From positions 12,149 to 76,148 of the forward strand of contig JADGQC010000001.1 in NCBI GenBank assembly GCA_017882125.1: a stretch of 64,000 bases of DNA, written 5' to 3'. Of this stretch, positions 45,265 to 55,449 are shown piece by piece. Within the stretch, counting starts at the first letter, position 1; every line of letters starts with the position of its first letter. Origin of the DNA: Anaerolineales bacterium (GTDB lineage: Bacteria; Chloroflexota; Anaerolineae; Anaerolineales; Villigracilaceae). The notes beneath the pieces are model-generated. The model worked only from the letters and a program-made list of their open reading frames with translations. It was not told where the DNA came from and did no database searches. The translations under genes and the position numbers were made by a program.

Positions 45265-47862
45265 ATGACTGCATCTCGTTGGCACACGGGTCCGCTGGAC
45301 GTATTTGATTGGATCCAGGACAGCAATACTTCTCTGGAAGATTTATTCCTGCCCTCCATTTTTACGCGCCTCCAGAAGAAAGACGAAAATGAGAAAAACA
45401 TAATCCAGCCAGCTTCAGTGGATGGGGAGACCATAAAATACCCTGATATTATCCCGATCCTGCCTCTGCGGGGCGTGGTGGTCTACCCCCAGACTGCTGT
45501 CCCACTGACTATCGGCCAGCCGCGTTCGATCAAACTAGTGGATGAAGTCTCCGGTACCACCGATAAACTGATCGGTCTGCTTGCAGCCCGCAACCCGGAA
45601 ATAGAAGAACCCGGTCCGGCCGATCTTTACTCGATTGGGACGGTTGCCACCGTCCACCGGCTCTTTCGTGCCCCGGATGGTACCATCCGGTTACTCGTTC
45701 AGGGTCTGATGCGTTTCCAGGTGTTGGAGGTAGTTGAGACAGAACCTTATATTAAGGCTCGCATCCAGGTACTCCCGGAAACAGTTGAGACCGGCTTGGA
45801 GATCGACGCTCTGGCACGTTCTGCTCGCGACCAGTTTGAGCAAATTTCAGGATTAACTCCTTCCATCCCTCGCGAACTGGTGGCCTCCATTGTGTCACTT
45901 GATGACCCGCTTCAAACGGTTTACACAATTGCCAATTTCCAACGGATAGAATTAAAGGACGCCCAGACAATCCTTGAATTGGATTCCACTAAGTCCAAAC
46001 TGGAGAAATTGGTCGATCTGCTGGTACGCGAAACGGAAGTACTTTCACTTGGAGCCAAAATCCAGAACCAGGCGCGGTCAGAGATCGAGAAGGTACAGCG
46101 GGAATACTACCTTCGGGAACAGATGAAGGCCATCCAGAAGGAATTGGGCGAAAACGACGAGCAGGCGGTGGAGGTTGATGAATTCCGCAAGAAGATAGAT
46201 GCAGCCAAAATGCCTGAAGAAGCTGAGAAACAAGCCCGTCGCGAATTGGATCGACTGGCACGCCTGCCAACCGCTGCAGCAGAATATGGCGTCATCCGCA
46301 CCTATCTGGATGCGCTGGTAACATTGCCATGGTCACAAGGTACAAGTGATAATCTTGATATTGCCCATGCCCGTAAAATCCTGGATCAGGATCATTACGG
46401 GTTGCAGGATGTCAAAGAGCGCATCCTGGAGTTCCTGGCGGTTCGCAAGTTGCGTTTTGAACGCAAGGATGATAAAGGTGCGCCTTCAAAGGATCTGATC
46501 CGTCGCGAGCGGGAAGGGGTGATCTTATGCTTCGTTGGCCCTCCAGGCGTCGGGAAAACTTCCTTGGGGCAATCCATTGCGCGCGCCATGGAACGCAAGT
46601 TTGTACGTATATCACTCGGAGGCGTGCGCGATGAGGCTGAGATCCGCGGCCACCGCCGAACCTATATCGGTGCAATGCCGGGACGGATCCTGCAGGCCCT
46701 GCGCCGGGTCGAATCTCACAACCCGGTCTTCATGTTGGATGAAGTGGATAAATTGACGATGGATTTCCACGGTGATCCGGCTTCGGCATTGCTCGAAGTG
46801 CTGGACCCGGAGCAGAACGTGGAATTCCGTGATAACTACCTCGAAGTCGCGTATGACCTTTCCCAGGTATTCTTCATTACTACCGCCAATACGCTGGAAA
46901 CCATCCCATCTCCCCTGCTGGACCGCATGGAAATCATCCATCTCTCCGGTTACACTGAGACCGAAAAGATTGCCATTGCCAAGGGTTACCTGGTCCCCCG
47001 CCAGGTGCGGGAAAATGGACTGCGGCCTGAGGAAGTGAATTTCACAAAAGCGGCTCTGCAAACCTTAATCAACCAGTACACACGCGAGGCTGGTGTCCGC
47101 AATCTGGAACGGAAAATTGGTGCCGTCTGCCGCAAGCTGGGAACGTATATTGCTGAGGGTAAGAAACAAGCAGCAAGGGTTACTCCTAAAGCAGTCAAGG
47201 AATTGCTCGGACATCCCATCTTCCTTGAAACGGAGGAAATTGACACGCGCACATCCATTCCCGGTGTGGTTCCCGGCCTGGCGTGGACGCCCTTCGGCGG
47301 GGAAATCCTGTTCATCGAAGCTACAAGCATGCCTGGGTCAAAAGGTTTCCAGATCACAGGGTCGGTGGGAAATGTGATGCAGGAGTCTGCTCGTGCTGCG
47401 CTATCCTACGTTCGCTCGCATGCCACTGAAATTGGGATTCAAAAAGATTTCTTTGACAAGACCGATATCCACATGCATATCCCGGCCGGTTCCCAACCCA
47501 AGGATGGTCCTTCTGCGGGGGTCACCATGGCGACTGCCCTGGTTTCGTTGATTTCCAACCGCCCGGTTAAAAAAGGTGTTACGATGACCGGTGAGATCAC
47601 CTTGCGCGGCCAGGTAATGCCCATCGGTGGTCTCAAGGAAAAACTGCTGGCTGCCCACCGTGTTGGGCTTAAGACTGTTATTTTGCCCAAGCGCAACGAG
47701 CTGGATGTCGAAGATGTGCCCGAAGAGATTCGCAAAACGATGAATTTTGTCTATGCTGAGTCGATCAATGACGTATTAAAGGCAGCTTTGGAAAAACCCG
47801 CCAGGATCACAAAAAAACCACTGCAAGGGAAAAAGAATGGTAAAAGTCCTGCTGGCGGATGA
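45265..47862 (+). CDS. lon: ATP-dependent Lon protease
   Basis: 865 aa. LON N-domain ([11 protein letters not shown]), Walker [10 protein letters not shown], and protease domain [11 protein letters not shown] with the catalytic Ser. Confidence 0.95.
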   Translation: MTASRWHTGPLDVFDWIQDSNTSLEDLFLPSIFTRLQKKDENEKNIIQPASVDGETIKYPDIIPILPLRGVVVYPQTAVPLTIGQPRSIKLVDEVSGTTDKLIGLLAARNPEIEEPGPADLYSIGTVATVHRLFRAPDGTIRLLVQGLMRFQVLEVVETEPYIKARIQVLPETVETGLEIDALARSARDQFEQISGLTPSIPRELVASIVSLDDPLQTVYTIANFQRIELKDAQTILELDSTKSKLEKLVDLLVRETEVLSLGAKIQNQARSEIEKVQREYYLREQMKAIQKELGENDEQAVEVDEFRKKIDAAKMPEEAEKQARRELDRLARLPTAAAEYGVIRTYLDALVTLPWSQGTSDNLDIAHARKILDQDHYGLQDVKERILEFLAVRKLRFERKDDKGAPSKDLIRREREGVILCFVGPPGVGKTSLGQSIARAMERKFVRISLGGVRDEAEIRGHRRTYIGAMPGRILQALRRVESHNPVFMLDEVDKLTMDFHGDPASALLEVLDPEQNVEFRDNYLEVAYDLSQVFFITTANTLETIPSPLLDRMEIIHLSGYTETEKIAIAKGYLVPRQVRENGLRPEEVNFTKAALQTLINQYTREAGVRNLERKIGAVCRKLGTYIAEGKKQAARVTPKAVKELLGHPIFLETEEIDTRTSIPGVVPGLAWTPFGGEILFIEATSMPGSKGFQITGSVGNVMQESARAALSYVRSHATEIGIQKDFFDKTDIHMHIPAGSQPKDGPSAGVTMATALVSLISNRPVKKGVTMTGEITLRGQVMPIGGLKEKLLAAHRVGLKTVILPKRNELDVEDVPEEIRKTMNFVYAESINDVLKAALEKPARITKKPLQGKKNGKSPAGG

Positions 47863-48184
47863 CGATTTCACCATGGTTGCCCTTCTGAAAACCCTGCTGG
47901 GTATGGAGGGTTACCAGGTGGCGACCCTGTTGGATAAAACCGGCAGCATACTGGAAAATATCCGCCGGGAAAAACCGGACGTTCTGCTCATTGATATTTT
48001 TCTCGGTACTCGCAATGGGATGGATGTCGTCAGGCAGATTCGTGAAACTCCGGATATGAAAGATCTTAAGATCGTCATGGTTTCGGGTATAGACAAAACA
48101 GAAGAATGTCTGGCTGCAGGAGCGAATGCATTTCTTCTGAAACCCTATATGCCTGAAGCTCTTTTCGAACTGCTTCGTCCATAA
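47837..48184 (+). CDS. Single-domain response regulator
   Basis: 115 aa. [16 protein letters not shown] and IVMVSG motifs. The start overlaps the lon 3' end by 26 nt. Confidence 0.8.
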   Translation: MVKVLLADDDFTMVALLKTLLGMEGYQVATLLDKTGSILENIRREKPDVLLIDIFLGTRNGMDVVRQIRETPDMKDLKIVMVSGIDKTEECLAAGANAFLLKPYMPEALFELLRP

Positions 48185-48186
48185 TC

Positions 48187-48630
48187 GTGGGGGATGGTTT
48201 GACCGAAATTCTGATCCGGGAATTCAAATATCCAGAAGATTATCCCGCTGCACGGCTTCTCTGGGAGAAGGCGGGTCCGGGGATTCACTTTGGTCGTTCG
48301 GACGATCCTGATGAGATCCAGAAAAAATTTCAGCGCGATCCTGATCTGTTTCTAATTGCTGAAATTGGTGGCAAAATGATCGGTACGGTCCTCGGTGGTT
48401 TCGACGGGCGGCGCGGCATGGTCTACCATCTGGCGGTGTCAGAACAATACCGCAGGCAGGGAGTCGGCGAAGCGCTTATGGACGAATTGGAACGCCGCCT
48501 CAAAACGAAAGGATGTATTCGCTGCTACCTGCTCGTCACGACTGAAAATGATAGCGCAATGCAGTTCTATGAAAAGCGCGGTTGGTCACATATGAATTAT
48601 GTATTGACATACGGGAAGGACCTGGAATGA
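48187..48630 (+). CDS. GNAT-family N-acetyltransferase
   Basis: 147 aa with the acetyl-CoA motif YRRQGVGEALM. Confidence 0.8.
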   Translation: MGDGLTEILIREFKYPEDYPAARLLWEKAGPGIHFGRSDDPDEIQKKFQRDPDLFLIAEIGGKMIGTVLGGFDGRRGMVYHLAVSEQYRRQGVGEALMDELERRLKTKGCIRCYLLVTTENDSAMQFYEKRGWSHMNYVLTYGKDLE

Positions 48631-49121
48631 CACTCCGCTTCGGTATCCTGACTTCAAGCGATCGCGCCTCGCGTGGTGAACGCCCAGATCTGTCCGGCCC
48701 TGCACTGGGGGATCTTGTCACGTCAAAAGGTTGGACCGTGGCACGCACGATCATTGTTCCCGACGAGCTGGAAGTCATCCGTGAAACCCTGGCTACCTGG
48801 GCTGATGGCGGGCAGATGGACATTATCCTGACCACGGGCGGGACCGGTTTCTCTCCGCGCGACGTTACTCCTGAAGCCACCAACCTCGTGATTGATCGTC
48901 AGGCGCCGGGTCTTGCTGAAGCCATGCGCCAGGAAGGCCGGAAAGTCACACCGCATGCCATCCTCTCCCGGGCAGTTGCCGGGATGCGCGGCAGGGTGCT
49001 GATCATTAACCTTCCGGGCAGTCCCAAGGCAGCCGTCGAAAATATCCAGGTTTTGTTGCCTGTTTTGGCTCATGCAATGGAACTGTTAAAAGAAGAGCCC
49101 AATGCGGAGAAGCATCACTAG
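48627..49121 (+). CDS. mog: MogA/MoaB-family molybdenum cofactor biosynthesis protein
   Basis: Start at ATG 48627 (ATGA overlap with the GNAT stop). ILTSSDRASRGERPDLSGP, ILTTGGTGFSPRDVTPEA and NLPGSP motifs. Confidence 0.8.
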   Translation: MTLRFGILTSSDRASRGERPDLSGPALGDLVTSKGWTVARTIIVPDELEVIRETLATWADGGQMDIILTTGGTGFSPRDVTPEATNLVIDRQAPGLAEAMRQEGRKVTPHAILSRAVAGMRGRVLIINLPGSPKAAVENIQVLLPVLAHAMELLKEEPNAEKHH

Positions 49122-49191
49122 CTCCTCTTGCCACGTTTCTTTAACTGGCATATAATCCCGCCCGCTTGAAAATTTCAAAAAGGAAGACACG

Positions 49192-49749
49192 ATGATCGAT
49201 GTTAATGAACTTCGCAAAGGGGTGACGTTCGAACTTGACGGAAACCTGTTTAAAGTGGTCGAATACAGCCATCATAAACCTGGTCGGGGCAACGCCACCA
49301 TAAAAATTAAAGCTCGCAACCTTCGCACTGGCTCAAATATTGAAAAGACATTCATCTCCGGCAGCCAGGTACAGGAAGCACGCCTTGACTTCCACACCGT
49401 CCAGTACCTGTACAACGACGGGGACAATTATTATTTCATGGACCAGGAAACATTCGATCAACCTGGCATCCCTAAAGATATCATTGGAGAATCGGCTGGT
49501 TTTCTTCAGGAAGGCATGGAATGCAAGCTGACTTTTTATGAAGGCAAGGCGCTTGACATCGAAATGCCCACCTCCGTGGATTTAAAAGTGATTTATGCAG
49601 AAGTTGCAGTTCGTGGGGATACCGCCACAGGTGTTACCAAAAAGGTAAAAGTGGAGACCGGTTTCGAAGTGCAATGCCCGAACTTTGTAAAAGTTGGTGA
49701 TACCATTCGAGTTGACACTCGAACCGGCGAGTATCTTACCCGGGCGTAA
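49192..49749 (+). CDS. efp: Elongation factor P
   Basis: 185 aa. NELRKGVTFELDGNLFKVVEYSHHKPGRGNA, with the conserved KPG loop. Confidence 0.95.
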   Translation: MIDVNELRKGVTFELDGNLFKVVEYSHHKPGRGNATIKIKARNLRTGSNIEKTFISGSQVQEARLDFHTVQYLYNDGDNYYFMDQETFDQPGIPKDIIGESAGFLQEGMECKLTFYEGKALDIEMPTSVDLKVIYAEVAVRGDTATGVTKKVKVETGFEVQCPNFVKVGDTIRVDTRTGEYLTRA

Positions 49750-49796
49750 TCCAATCCTCCCGCAGATCGAACCTGCGGGAGCCCTATTGCTGCAAA

Positions 49797-50117
49797 ATGA
49801 AAACCCCTGCTGGATCAGAGTGTAAATACTTCTACGGCGACTACTACCGGGGCCGCGACCATGAAGAATGCCGCCTGCTTGGTGCCTCCTGGACCCGCGA
49901 CCTTTGTCGAACTTGTCCGGTCCCTTCAATTGACCGGGCGAATGCTTGCGAGTTCATGCAATTGCGCGGAGAGGTGAGTCGTCCTTTTACAGCCGGGTTC
50001 CAACGTCGTGTAAAGGTAACCACATTTTGCGAAAAAACCAGGCGTTCCGTTTTCGACCCGCATATTGGTTGTGGGGAATGTCATCCACTCCCGCCTGTTT
50101 TCGAAATAAAAAAATAA
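49797..50117 (+). CDS. Small Cys-rich (8 Cys) hypothetical protein, probable metal-binding
   Basis: 106 aa with CRTC and CGEC pairs plus four further Cys. Confidence 0.5.
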   Translation: MKTPAGSECKYFYGDYYRGRDHEECRLLGASWTRDLCRTCPVPSIDRANACEFMQLRGEVSRPFTAGFQRRVKVTTFCEKTRRSVFDPHIGCGECHPLPPVFEIKK

Positions 50118-50186
50118 AACCATAACCCTCTCTACAAACTGGAAATTAGAGGGCGCTGGTAGACAGGGCACTACATAAAGCTTCCA

Positions 50187-51383
50187 ATGCGAATCACACT
50201 TCTCCTTGACCTAGATGATACCCTGCTCGAAACCAACATGGATGTTTTCATCCCTGTTTACTTCAAGGCTCTTTCCACGGCATTGGCAGGGGCGGTGCCG
50301 CCGGATGTGATGATCCCCGCCTTGACAGGGGGAACGAAGGCGATGATGGGTAACATGGACCCTGCTCTTACTTTGCGGGAAGTCTTTGATTCCCACTTCT
50401 TCCCAAAACTCGGCACAGATCGACTAGCACTCCAATCCTCCATAGACCGGTTCTATGATGAGGTCTTCCCGACATTGGGAACGATGACCAAGCCCATCCC
50501 TGAAGCTGTCCGCCTGGTGGATTGGGCGCTGGGCCAGGGTCACAGGGTGGTGATAGCCACCAACCCCATCTTTCCGTTGAAAGCCGTCCAGCACCGCCTG
50601 CGCTGGGCAGAACTGCCCCCGGAAAAATACCCTTTTGCACTGGTAACCTCTTATGAGACCTTTCATTTCACCAAGGAGACGGTCGCATATTATCCGGAGG
50701 TCTTGGCTCAACTGGGCTGGCCTGATGATCCGGTTGTGATGGTCGGCGACGATATCGAACGGGAAGTCAAACCCACTCAGGCGGCGGGTTTCCCGGTCTT
50801 TTGGGTTCGTGAATCCAACGATGTCCCCAGTGAACAGGACCATATCCCACGCGGAAAGTTGGAATCGTTCCAAAGCTGGCTGGAAAAAACAGACCCAGAA
50901 AAGCTAAAAATTACATTACAAACCCCCCAGGCACTCCTGGCAACTTTACGGTCCACTCCGGCTGCAATCTCCACCCTTGCCGCATCAGTCCCGGTTGATG
51001 GGTGGAGCCGCAAGCCTGCCCCCGCTGAGTGGTGTTTAACAGAAATCCTATGTCACTTGCGCGATGTGGAGCGGGCTGTAAATCTGCCCCGTATCCGCAC
51101 GATCCTGGCTGAAGAGAATCCATTCCTTCCCGGCGAGGACACTGATCACTGGGTGCAGGAACATAAATGTGCCGAACAGGATGGAGCAGAGATACTGATC
51201 GATTTCATCCGCGCACGCAAGGAAACGATCGGCTTAATAAGTAAATTGCAGGACGAATGGTCAAGAACCGCCCGGCACGCGATCTTTGGTCGCACAACAT
51301 TATTGGAATTAGTCGGTATTATCGCCGGGCATGACCGGGTCCATGTGCAGCAGATTTGGAAGACGATTCATGCCGGCTGGTAA
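50187..51383 (+). CDS. HAD-superfamily hydrolase fused to a C-terminal DinB-like four-helix domain
   Basis: 398 aa. The HAD motif I is LLLDLDDTLL, followed by VIATNP and VGDD motifs. The C-terminal ~150 aa carry CHLRDVE...HDRVHVQQI His spacing, typical of the DinB_2 fold. Confidence 0.65.
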   Translation: MRITLLLDLDDTLLETNMDVFIPVYFKALSTALAGAVPPDVMIPALTGGTKAMMGNMDPALTLREVFDSHFFPKLGTDRLALQSSIDRFYDEVFPTLGTMTKPIPEAVRLVDWALGQGHRVVIATNPIFPLKAVQHRLRWAELPPEKYPFALVTSYETFHFTKETVAYYPEVLAQLGWPDDPVVMVGDDIEREVKPTQAAGFPVFWVRESNDVPSEQDHIPRGKLESFQSWLEKTDPEKLKITLQTPQALLATLRSTPAAISTLAASVPVDGWSRKPAPAEWCLTEILCHLRDVERAVNLPRIRTILAEENPFLPGEDTDHWVQEHKCAEQDGAEILIDFIRARKETIGLISKLQDEWSRTARHAIFGRTTLLELVGIIAGHDRVHVQQIWKTIHAGW

Positions 51384-51440
51384 TTATAAGGTGATTGTGG
51401 TAAATTTGTCATCGCCAAATATTGGCGGAAGGAGATATTT

Positions 51441-51668
51441 ATGGGTTTCTTAAAAGATTTTGGTTTGCCTGAACTGCTGATCATCCTTGTGATTGTTGTC
51501 CTCCTTTTTGGTCCGGGACGCATTGGCAAAGTGGCCGGGGAGCTTGGAAAAGGCATTCGCTCCTTCCGGGAGGGTTTAACCGGTAAAGAAGATGAAAAGG
51601 AAGAAGAAAAGAAAGAGGAAGTAAAAACGGAAGAAAATAAACCGGATCCTCCGAAAGCAGATAAATAA
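51441..51668 (+). CDS. tatA: Twin-arginine translocase subunit TatA/E
   Basis: 75 aa. LLIILVIVVLLFGPGRIGKVAGELGKGIRSFREG, with a Lys/Glu-rich tail. Confidence 0.9.
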   Translation: MGFLKDFGLPELLIILVIVVLLFGPGRIGKVAGELGKGIRSFREGLTGKEDEKEEEKKEEVKTEENKPDPPKADK

Positions 51669-51686
51669 CAGGTTCGTAAAAAATTC

Positions 51687-51715
51687 AGCCCCCTGCCTGA
51701 TGGCGGAGGGCTTTT
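51687..51715 (+). terminator. Rho-independent terminator of tatA
   Basis: agcccc(c)tgcc / ggcg(g)agggct form a stem of ~11 pairs with one mismatch and a 4-nt loop, followed by TTTT. Confidence 0.6.
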
Positions 51716-51724
51716 ACTTGCAGA

Positions 51725-52495
51725 ATGACCAAATTACATTATCTTGACCCAAACCCCACGGGAAACCCGGCTGTCCTTCTGCTTCACGGACTGGGCGCGG
51801 ATGCCAGCTCATGGACTCTGCAAATACCCGCGTTGACCTCATCAGGATTCCGGCCCATTGCAGTGGATATCCCCGGTTTTGGCCAGTCACCTTACGATGG
51901 ACACGGCTGGAGCATTCGTCGGGTGGCACGCGACGCGGCGACTTTGCTCGCTGAACTGCAGACAGGCCCGGCACATGTTCTGGGTTTATCGATGGGTGGT
52001 ACGGTTGCGCAACAGTTTGCCTTGGACACGCCGCATTTGACGCGTAAATTGGTACTGGTTAGCACTTTTGCCGTGTTGCGACCTGACAATTTGAGTGGCT
52101 GGTTATATTTCATCCAGCGATTTTTTCTGGTCAGCACATTGGGATTACCGGCACAGGCAAAAGTGGTGGCCCAACGCGTCTTTCCTGATCCTCACCATGA
52201 GGAGCTGCGAAAAATCCTCGTGGAAACAATTTCCCGCGCTGACCCGCGCGCCTATCGGAAAGCGATGACCTCCCTGGGGCTTTTTAATTCGGTGAAATGG
52301 TTGGGAGAGATAAAAGCCCCGACGCTGGTCGTGACAGGTGCAGACGATACCACGGTGAATCCCGCCCGGCAGCGATTGCTGGTGGAGGGTATCCCCAACG
52401 TGCGGCAGGTGATTTTACGGGATGCAGGTCACGCTGTCCCCGTGGATCAACCCGATCGATTTAACCAGGAGTTGCTGGCATTTTTGGGGGAATAA
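51725..52495 (+). CDS. Alpha/beta-fold hydrolase
   Basis: 256 aa. LLLHGLGAD and the nucleophile elbow GLSMGG. Confidence 0.8.
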   Translation: MTKLHYLDPNPTGNPAVLLLHGLGADASSWTLQIPALTSSGFRPIAVDIPGFGQSPYDGHGWSIRRVARDAATLLAELQTGPAHVLGLSMGGTVAQQFALDTPHLTRKLVLVSTFAVLRPDNLSGWLYFIQRFFLVSTLGLPAQAKVVAQRVFPDPHHEELRKILVETISRADPRAYRKAMTSLGLFNSVKWLGEIKAPTLVVTGADDTTVNPARQRLLVEGIPNVRQVILRDAGHAVPVDQPDRFNQELLAFLGE

Positions 52496-52527
52496 AAAAA
52501 GACTCAAAACTTAACAAATCAAAAATC

Positions 52528-52562
52528 ATAATCCCTGAAAGTTGTAAACTTTCAGGGATTAT
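52528..52562 (-). terminator. Terminator hairpin immediately 3' of tRNA-Ser
   Basis: ataatccctgaaagtt/aactttcagggattat form a perfect 16-bp stem with a 3-nt loop. The minus strand is followed by a T-rich tract (GATTTTTGATTTGTT). Confidence 0.75.
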
Positions 52563-52566
52563 TCAG

Positions 52567-52654
52567 CGGAGAGGGTGGGATTCGAACCCACGGTGACCCA
52601 TAAGGCCACAACGGTTTTCGAGACCGTCCCATTCAACCGCTCTGGCACCTCTCC
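52567..52654 (-). tRNA. tRNA-Ser (anticodon CGA), long variable arm
   Basis: The reverse complement ggagaggtgccagagcggttgaatggg...acggt-cuCGAaa-accgt...long arm...tgggttcgaatccca...cctctcc-g folds as a class II tRNA. Confidence 0.85.
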
Positions 52655-52756
52655 ATGAACGTTTCAATAAATCATTTGCATTGAGAAAAGTATCGTCAGG
52701 ATAACGAAATACTTGGCCTGCAACGCCGGTTTATGGCGGGGCGATTATATCTTATA

Positions 52757-53926
52757 TCAGCTTTTCTTAATTAACTTACTTTTGGGTTCAACCTTGGCAT
52801 GTTTCGTGGTAATGACTGCTAATATTTCCTCGCCGAATTGAGTTACCCGCCAGGGACTATCCGGCATAAGAGGGGAAAGTTCTTGTATATTTTTGGGATT
52901 TTTTTCCGCAATATGATGCATCCAGCTTTTTGGCAGGATGATATCTGATTCAACCCCGGCTTTCAAACCGGTCTTTTTACGCCACTCTGATAGGACGTTC
53001 AGCCTGTCCAGGAAGGCTTGATTGGGACGCAGGCTGCGCGGGCGGCTTACCATGGGTTTCAACTTGCCGCGCCCCACGGCTTGCAGGATCTCGTTTCCAA
53101 ATAGATGTATTTGCCTGGTTGTCATGCCGAGCGCTGCCAGGTCCTTGGGTGATTCCGGGAGCGTTTGGGTAATGGCAACCAGCCGTTTATCGTCAATCAC
53201 TTTGAAAGGGGGGCGGTCCATTTGCTTGGCTTGGTTCTCGCGCCAGGCGCATAATTGCTGCAGAATAGTCAATTGCCGGTCGCTGAATTTCTGTGCCCCT
53301 TTTACTCGTTGCCAGGGTGGTATTTCGGCCTTCCCATTGCCGTTGCCATGTGCCAGGCGGATGAATTCTTCCTGCGCCAACTCCCACCGGCCGCGCGTTT
53401 TAAGTTCACTTTCCAGGCTGTCGCGCAAGGCCAGGAGATGGTGGGTGTCTAGCCGGGCGTAGTTGAGCATTTCAAGTGAAAGTGGACGCTCCCCCCAATC
53501 AGCCTTCTGATATTTCTTATCCAGTTTTATACCCAGTTTCTCTTCGAGGATGGAATCCAGACCAACCCTTTCGTAACCTAAAATGCGGGCAGCTTGCATG
53601 GTGTCGAATAGGTTGACTACTGTTATGCCAAAATCGCGTTTCAGACAGATAAGGTCATATTCGGCAGCGTGGAATACCAGTTCGATCTTTGGGTTGTCAA
53701 AGATCGTCTGCAATGGAGCAAGATCCTCGAGCCCAAGTGGATCTACCAGGTAGTCTGTCCGTGGTGTGGAAAACTGGATCAGGCATAATTGTTCCTTGAA
53801 CGCGTGCAGGGAATTAGATTCGGTGTCGACTGCAATTCTCCCCCAGTGATTAAGTTCATCGGCAAGTTGTTTTAGGCCATCATGATCTTCGATCCAGATG
53901 GGAGGGGGGAGTTTAATCGGTTGCAT
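52757..53926 (-). CDS. rnd: Ribonuclease D (DEDD 3'-5' exonuclease plus HRDC domain)
   Basis: 389 aa. IAVDTESNSL, FHAAEYDL and YARLDTHHL exo motifs, then an HRDC-like region. Confidence 0.85.
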   Translation of the reverse strand: MQPIKLPPPIWIEDHDGLKQLADELNHWGRIAVDTESNSLHAFKEQLCLIQFSTPRTDYLVDPLGLEDLAPLQTIFDNPKIELVFHAAEYDLICLKRDFGITVVNLFDTMQAARILGYERVGLDSILEEKLGIKLDKKYQKADWGERPLSLEMLNYARLDTHHLLALRDSLESELKTRGRWELAQEEFIRLAHGNGNGKAEIPPWQRVKGAQKFSDRQLTILQQLCAWRENQAKQMDRPPFKVIDDKRLVAITQTLPESPKDLAALGMTTRQIHLFGNEILQAVGRGKLKPMVSRPRSLRPNQAFLDRLNVLSEWRKKTGLKAGVESDIILPKSWMHHIAEKNPKNIQELSPLMPDSPWRVTQFGEEILAVITTKHAKVEPKSKLIKKS

Positions 53927-54006
53927 CGAGCTCGATTATATCCTTTTATCTTTCTCGATTTCTGCATCATGGAGTTACTAAATTCGCCGCAACTGGTAGT
54001 CTTGGA

Positions 54007-54438
54007 TCATCTGATCTTTTCCATGACCATGGCGTTTTCATTATCGTTGTAATATTCCCTCCACGTATCCACTGCGAGGTATCCTTCCTGTTGGTAGAGA
54101 TGGATGGCCGTATCGTTGGAAACCCGCACACACAAACGGATGCGCGGTTGGGTCAACCTTTTCTCGCATTCCTGAAGCAAAGCCCGTCCGATACCGCGCC
54201 GCTGGTATTCGGGGATCACGCCAACCGTGGCAATCCATGCCAAATGTTCGGAGGGGCGTGGATCCCCTGCGATAAAGCCGATCATCTGGCCATTTTCTAC
54301 AGCTCTTAAACGGACGATCTCCGGCCAGGTCAATACGGCGATCAGGTCGAGGAGCGGCCAGGCATCTTTGAGGAAACAGGCTTGTTCCACGCGGCGCAGG
54401 CCGCCCAGGTCGCGCAGGCTGGCAGGGAGTATTTCCAT
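54007..54438 (-). CDS. rimI: RimI-like ribosomal-protein-alanine N-acetyltransferase (GNAT)
   Basis: Start set at ATG 54438 (MEILPASLRDL...). YQRRGIGRALL acetyl-CoA motif. Confidence 0.65.
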   Translation of the reverse strand: MEILPASLRDLGGLRRVEQACFLKDAWPLLDLIAVLTWPEIVRLRAVENGQMIGFIAGDPRPSEHLAWIATVGVIPEYQRRGIGRALLQECEKRLTQPRIRLCVRVSNDTAIHLYQQEGYLAVDTWREYYNDNENAMVMEKIR

Positions 54439-54529
54439 ATGAACGGTAATTCCAAAAGTAAACAAGCCTCTCGCATACTTGCGAGAGGCTTCTATTGTAC
54501 TATTTACCAACTACTTTTGCTGCTTGCTT

Positions 54530-55423
54530 TTACTTCCCCTTTACGAAATTATCGATCATGCTGGTGAATTCCATCGGGAAGATGAATTTGGTGGACGCGC
54601 CCAGCCCGAGGCTCTTGAGGGTTTCGAAGTATTGCAGGGTCATCGTCTTCTGGTCAATAGTCTTCGCAGCCGCGAAGATCTTCTCGAGTGCAACCGAGAA
54701 ACCTTCGGCCTTTAACACCTGGGCCTGTTTCTGACCTTCAGCTTCCAAAATGGCAGCTTGTTTCGAGCCTTCAGCCTTAAGGATGGAGGATTGCTTCTCG
54801 CCTTCTGCAACGTTGATGGCAGCCTCGCGTGTACCGGTCGATTCGGTGACCACGGCGCGGCGAATGCGCTCGGCAGACATCTGCTTGTTCATCGCGTCCT
54901 GTACGTCCTTGGGCGGGATGATCTCGCGAATTTCGACGTTGGTCACTTTTACGCCCCAGCGCTCGGTGACCTCGTCCAGTTTGGTGCGCAGTGTTTGGTT
55001 GATGTGTTCACGCTGCGAGAGCACTTCATCCAGCGGAATGCCGCCAATGACGGAACGCAGGGTGGTTGTGGCCATACCGGCAGCGGATAATTCGAAGTTT
55101 CCCACGCCAACCACGCTCAAAGTTGGATCCATCACCTTGAAATACCACAGGAAGTCAATTGAGATGGGGGCGTTATCTTTTGTAATGGATACCTGGTGGG
55201 GAACTTCGCGCACCTGCTCGCGCAGGTCAGCTTTGACCGCCCGGTCGACCACCGGGATGAGCAGTACCAGGCCCGGACCTTTCGTCCCGATGCATCGGCC
55301 CAGTCGGAATACGATCAGCCGCTGGTATTCATTGACGATTCGGATGGCGTTCATCAGAAAGATAACCAGGACGATCACCACGAAGGCAACGACACATAAA
55401 AGTGTTGTTAGATTGGCAGACAT
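54530..55423 (-). CDS. SPFH/band-7 stomatin-like protein
   Basis: 297 aa. TM helix followed by IVNEYQRLIVFRLGR...TKDN...the core SPFH domain. Confidence 0.85.
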   Translation of the reverse strand: MSANLTTLLCVVAFVVIVLVIFLMNAIRIVNEYQRLIVFRLGRCIGTKGPGLVLLIPVVDRAVKADLREQVREVPHQVSITKDNAPISIDFLWYFKVMDPTLSVVGVGNFELSAAGMATTTLRSVIGGIPLDEVLSQREHINQTLRTKLDEVTERWGVKVTNVEIREIIPPKDVQDAMNKQMSAERIRRAVVTESTGTREAAINVAEGEKQSSILKAEGSKQAAILEAEGQKQAQVLKAEGFSVALEKIFAAAKTIDQKTMTLQYFETLKSLGLGASTKFIFPMEFTSMIDNFVKGK

Positions 55424-55449
55424 ACAAATCTCCTTTTCATAAGAACGAA

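Noticed and set aside
49757-49781. Hairpin ctcccgcag/ctgcgggag after efp as a terminator
   Set aside because: The 9-bp stem is perfect but no U-tract follows, and the next gene starts 16 nt later. I noted it but did not call it a terminator.
52567-52654. Could the long-variable-arm tRNA be tRNA-Sec (selC), given Sec-containing selD?
   Set aside because: The anticodon loop reads cuCGAaa (Ser-CGA), not UCA. The acceptor and D arms fit a normal class II tRNA-Ser.
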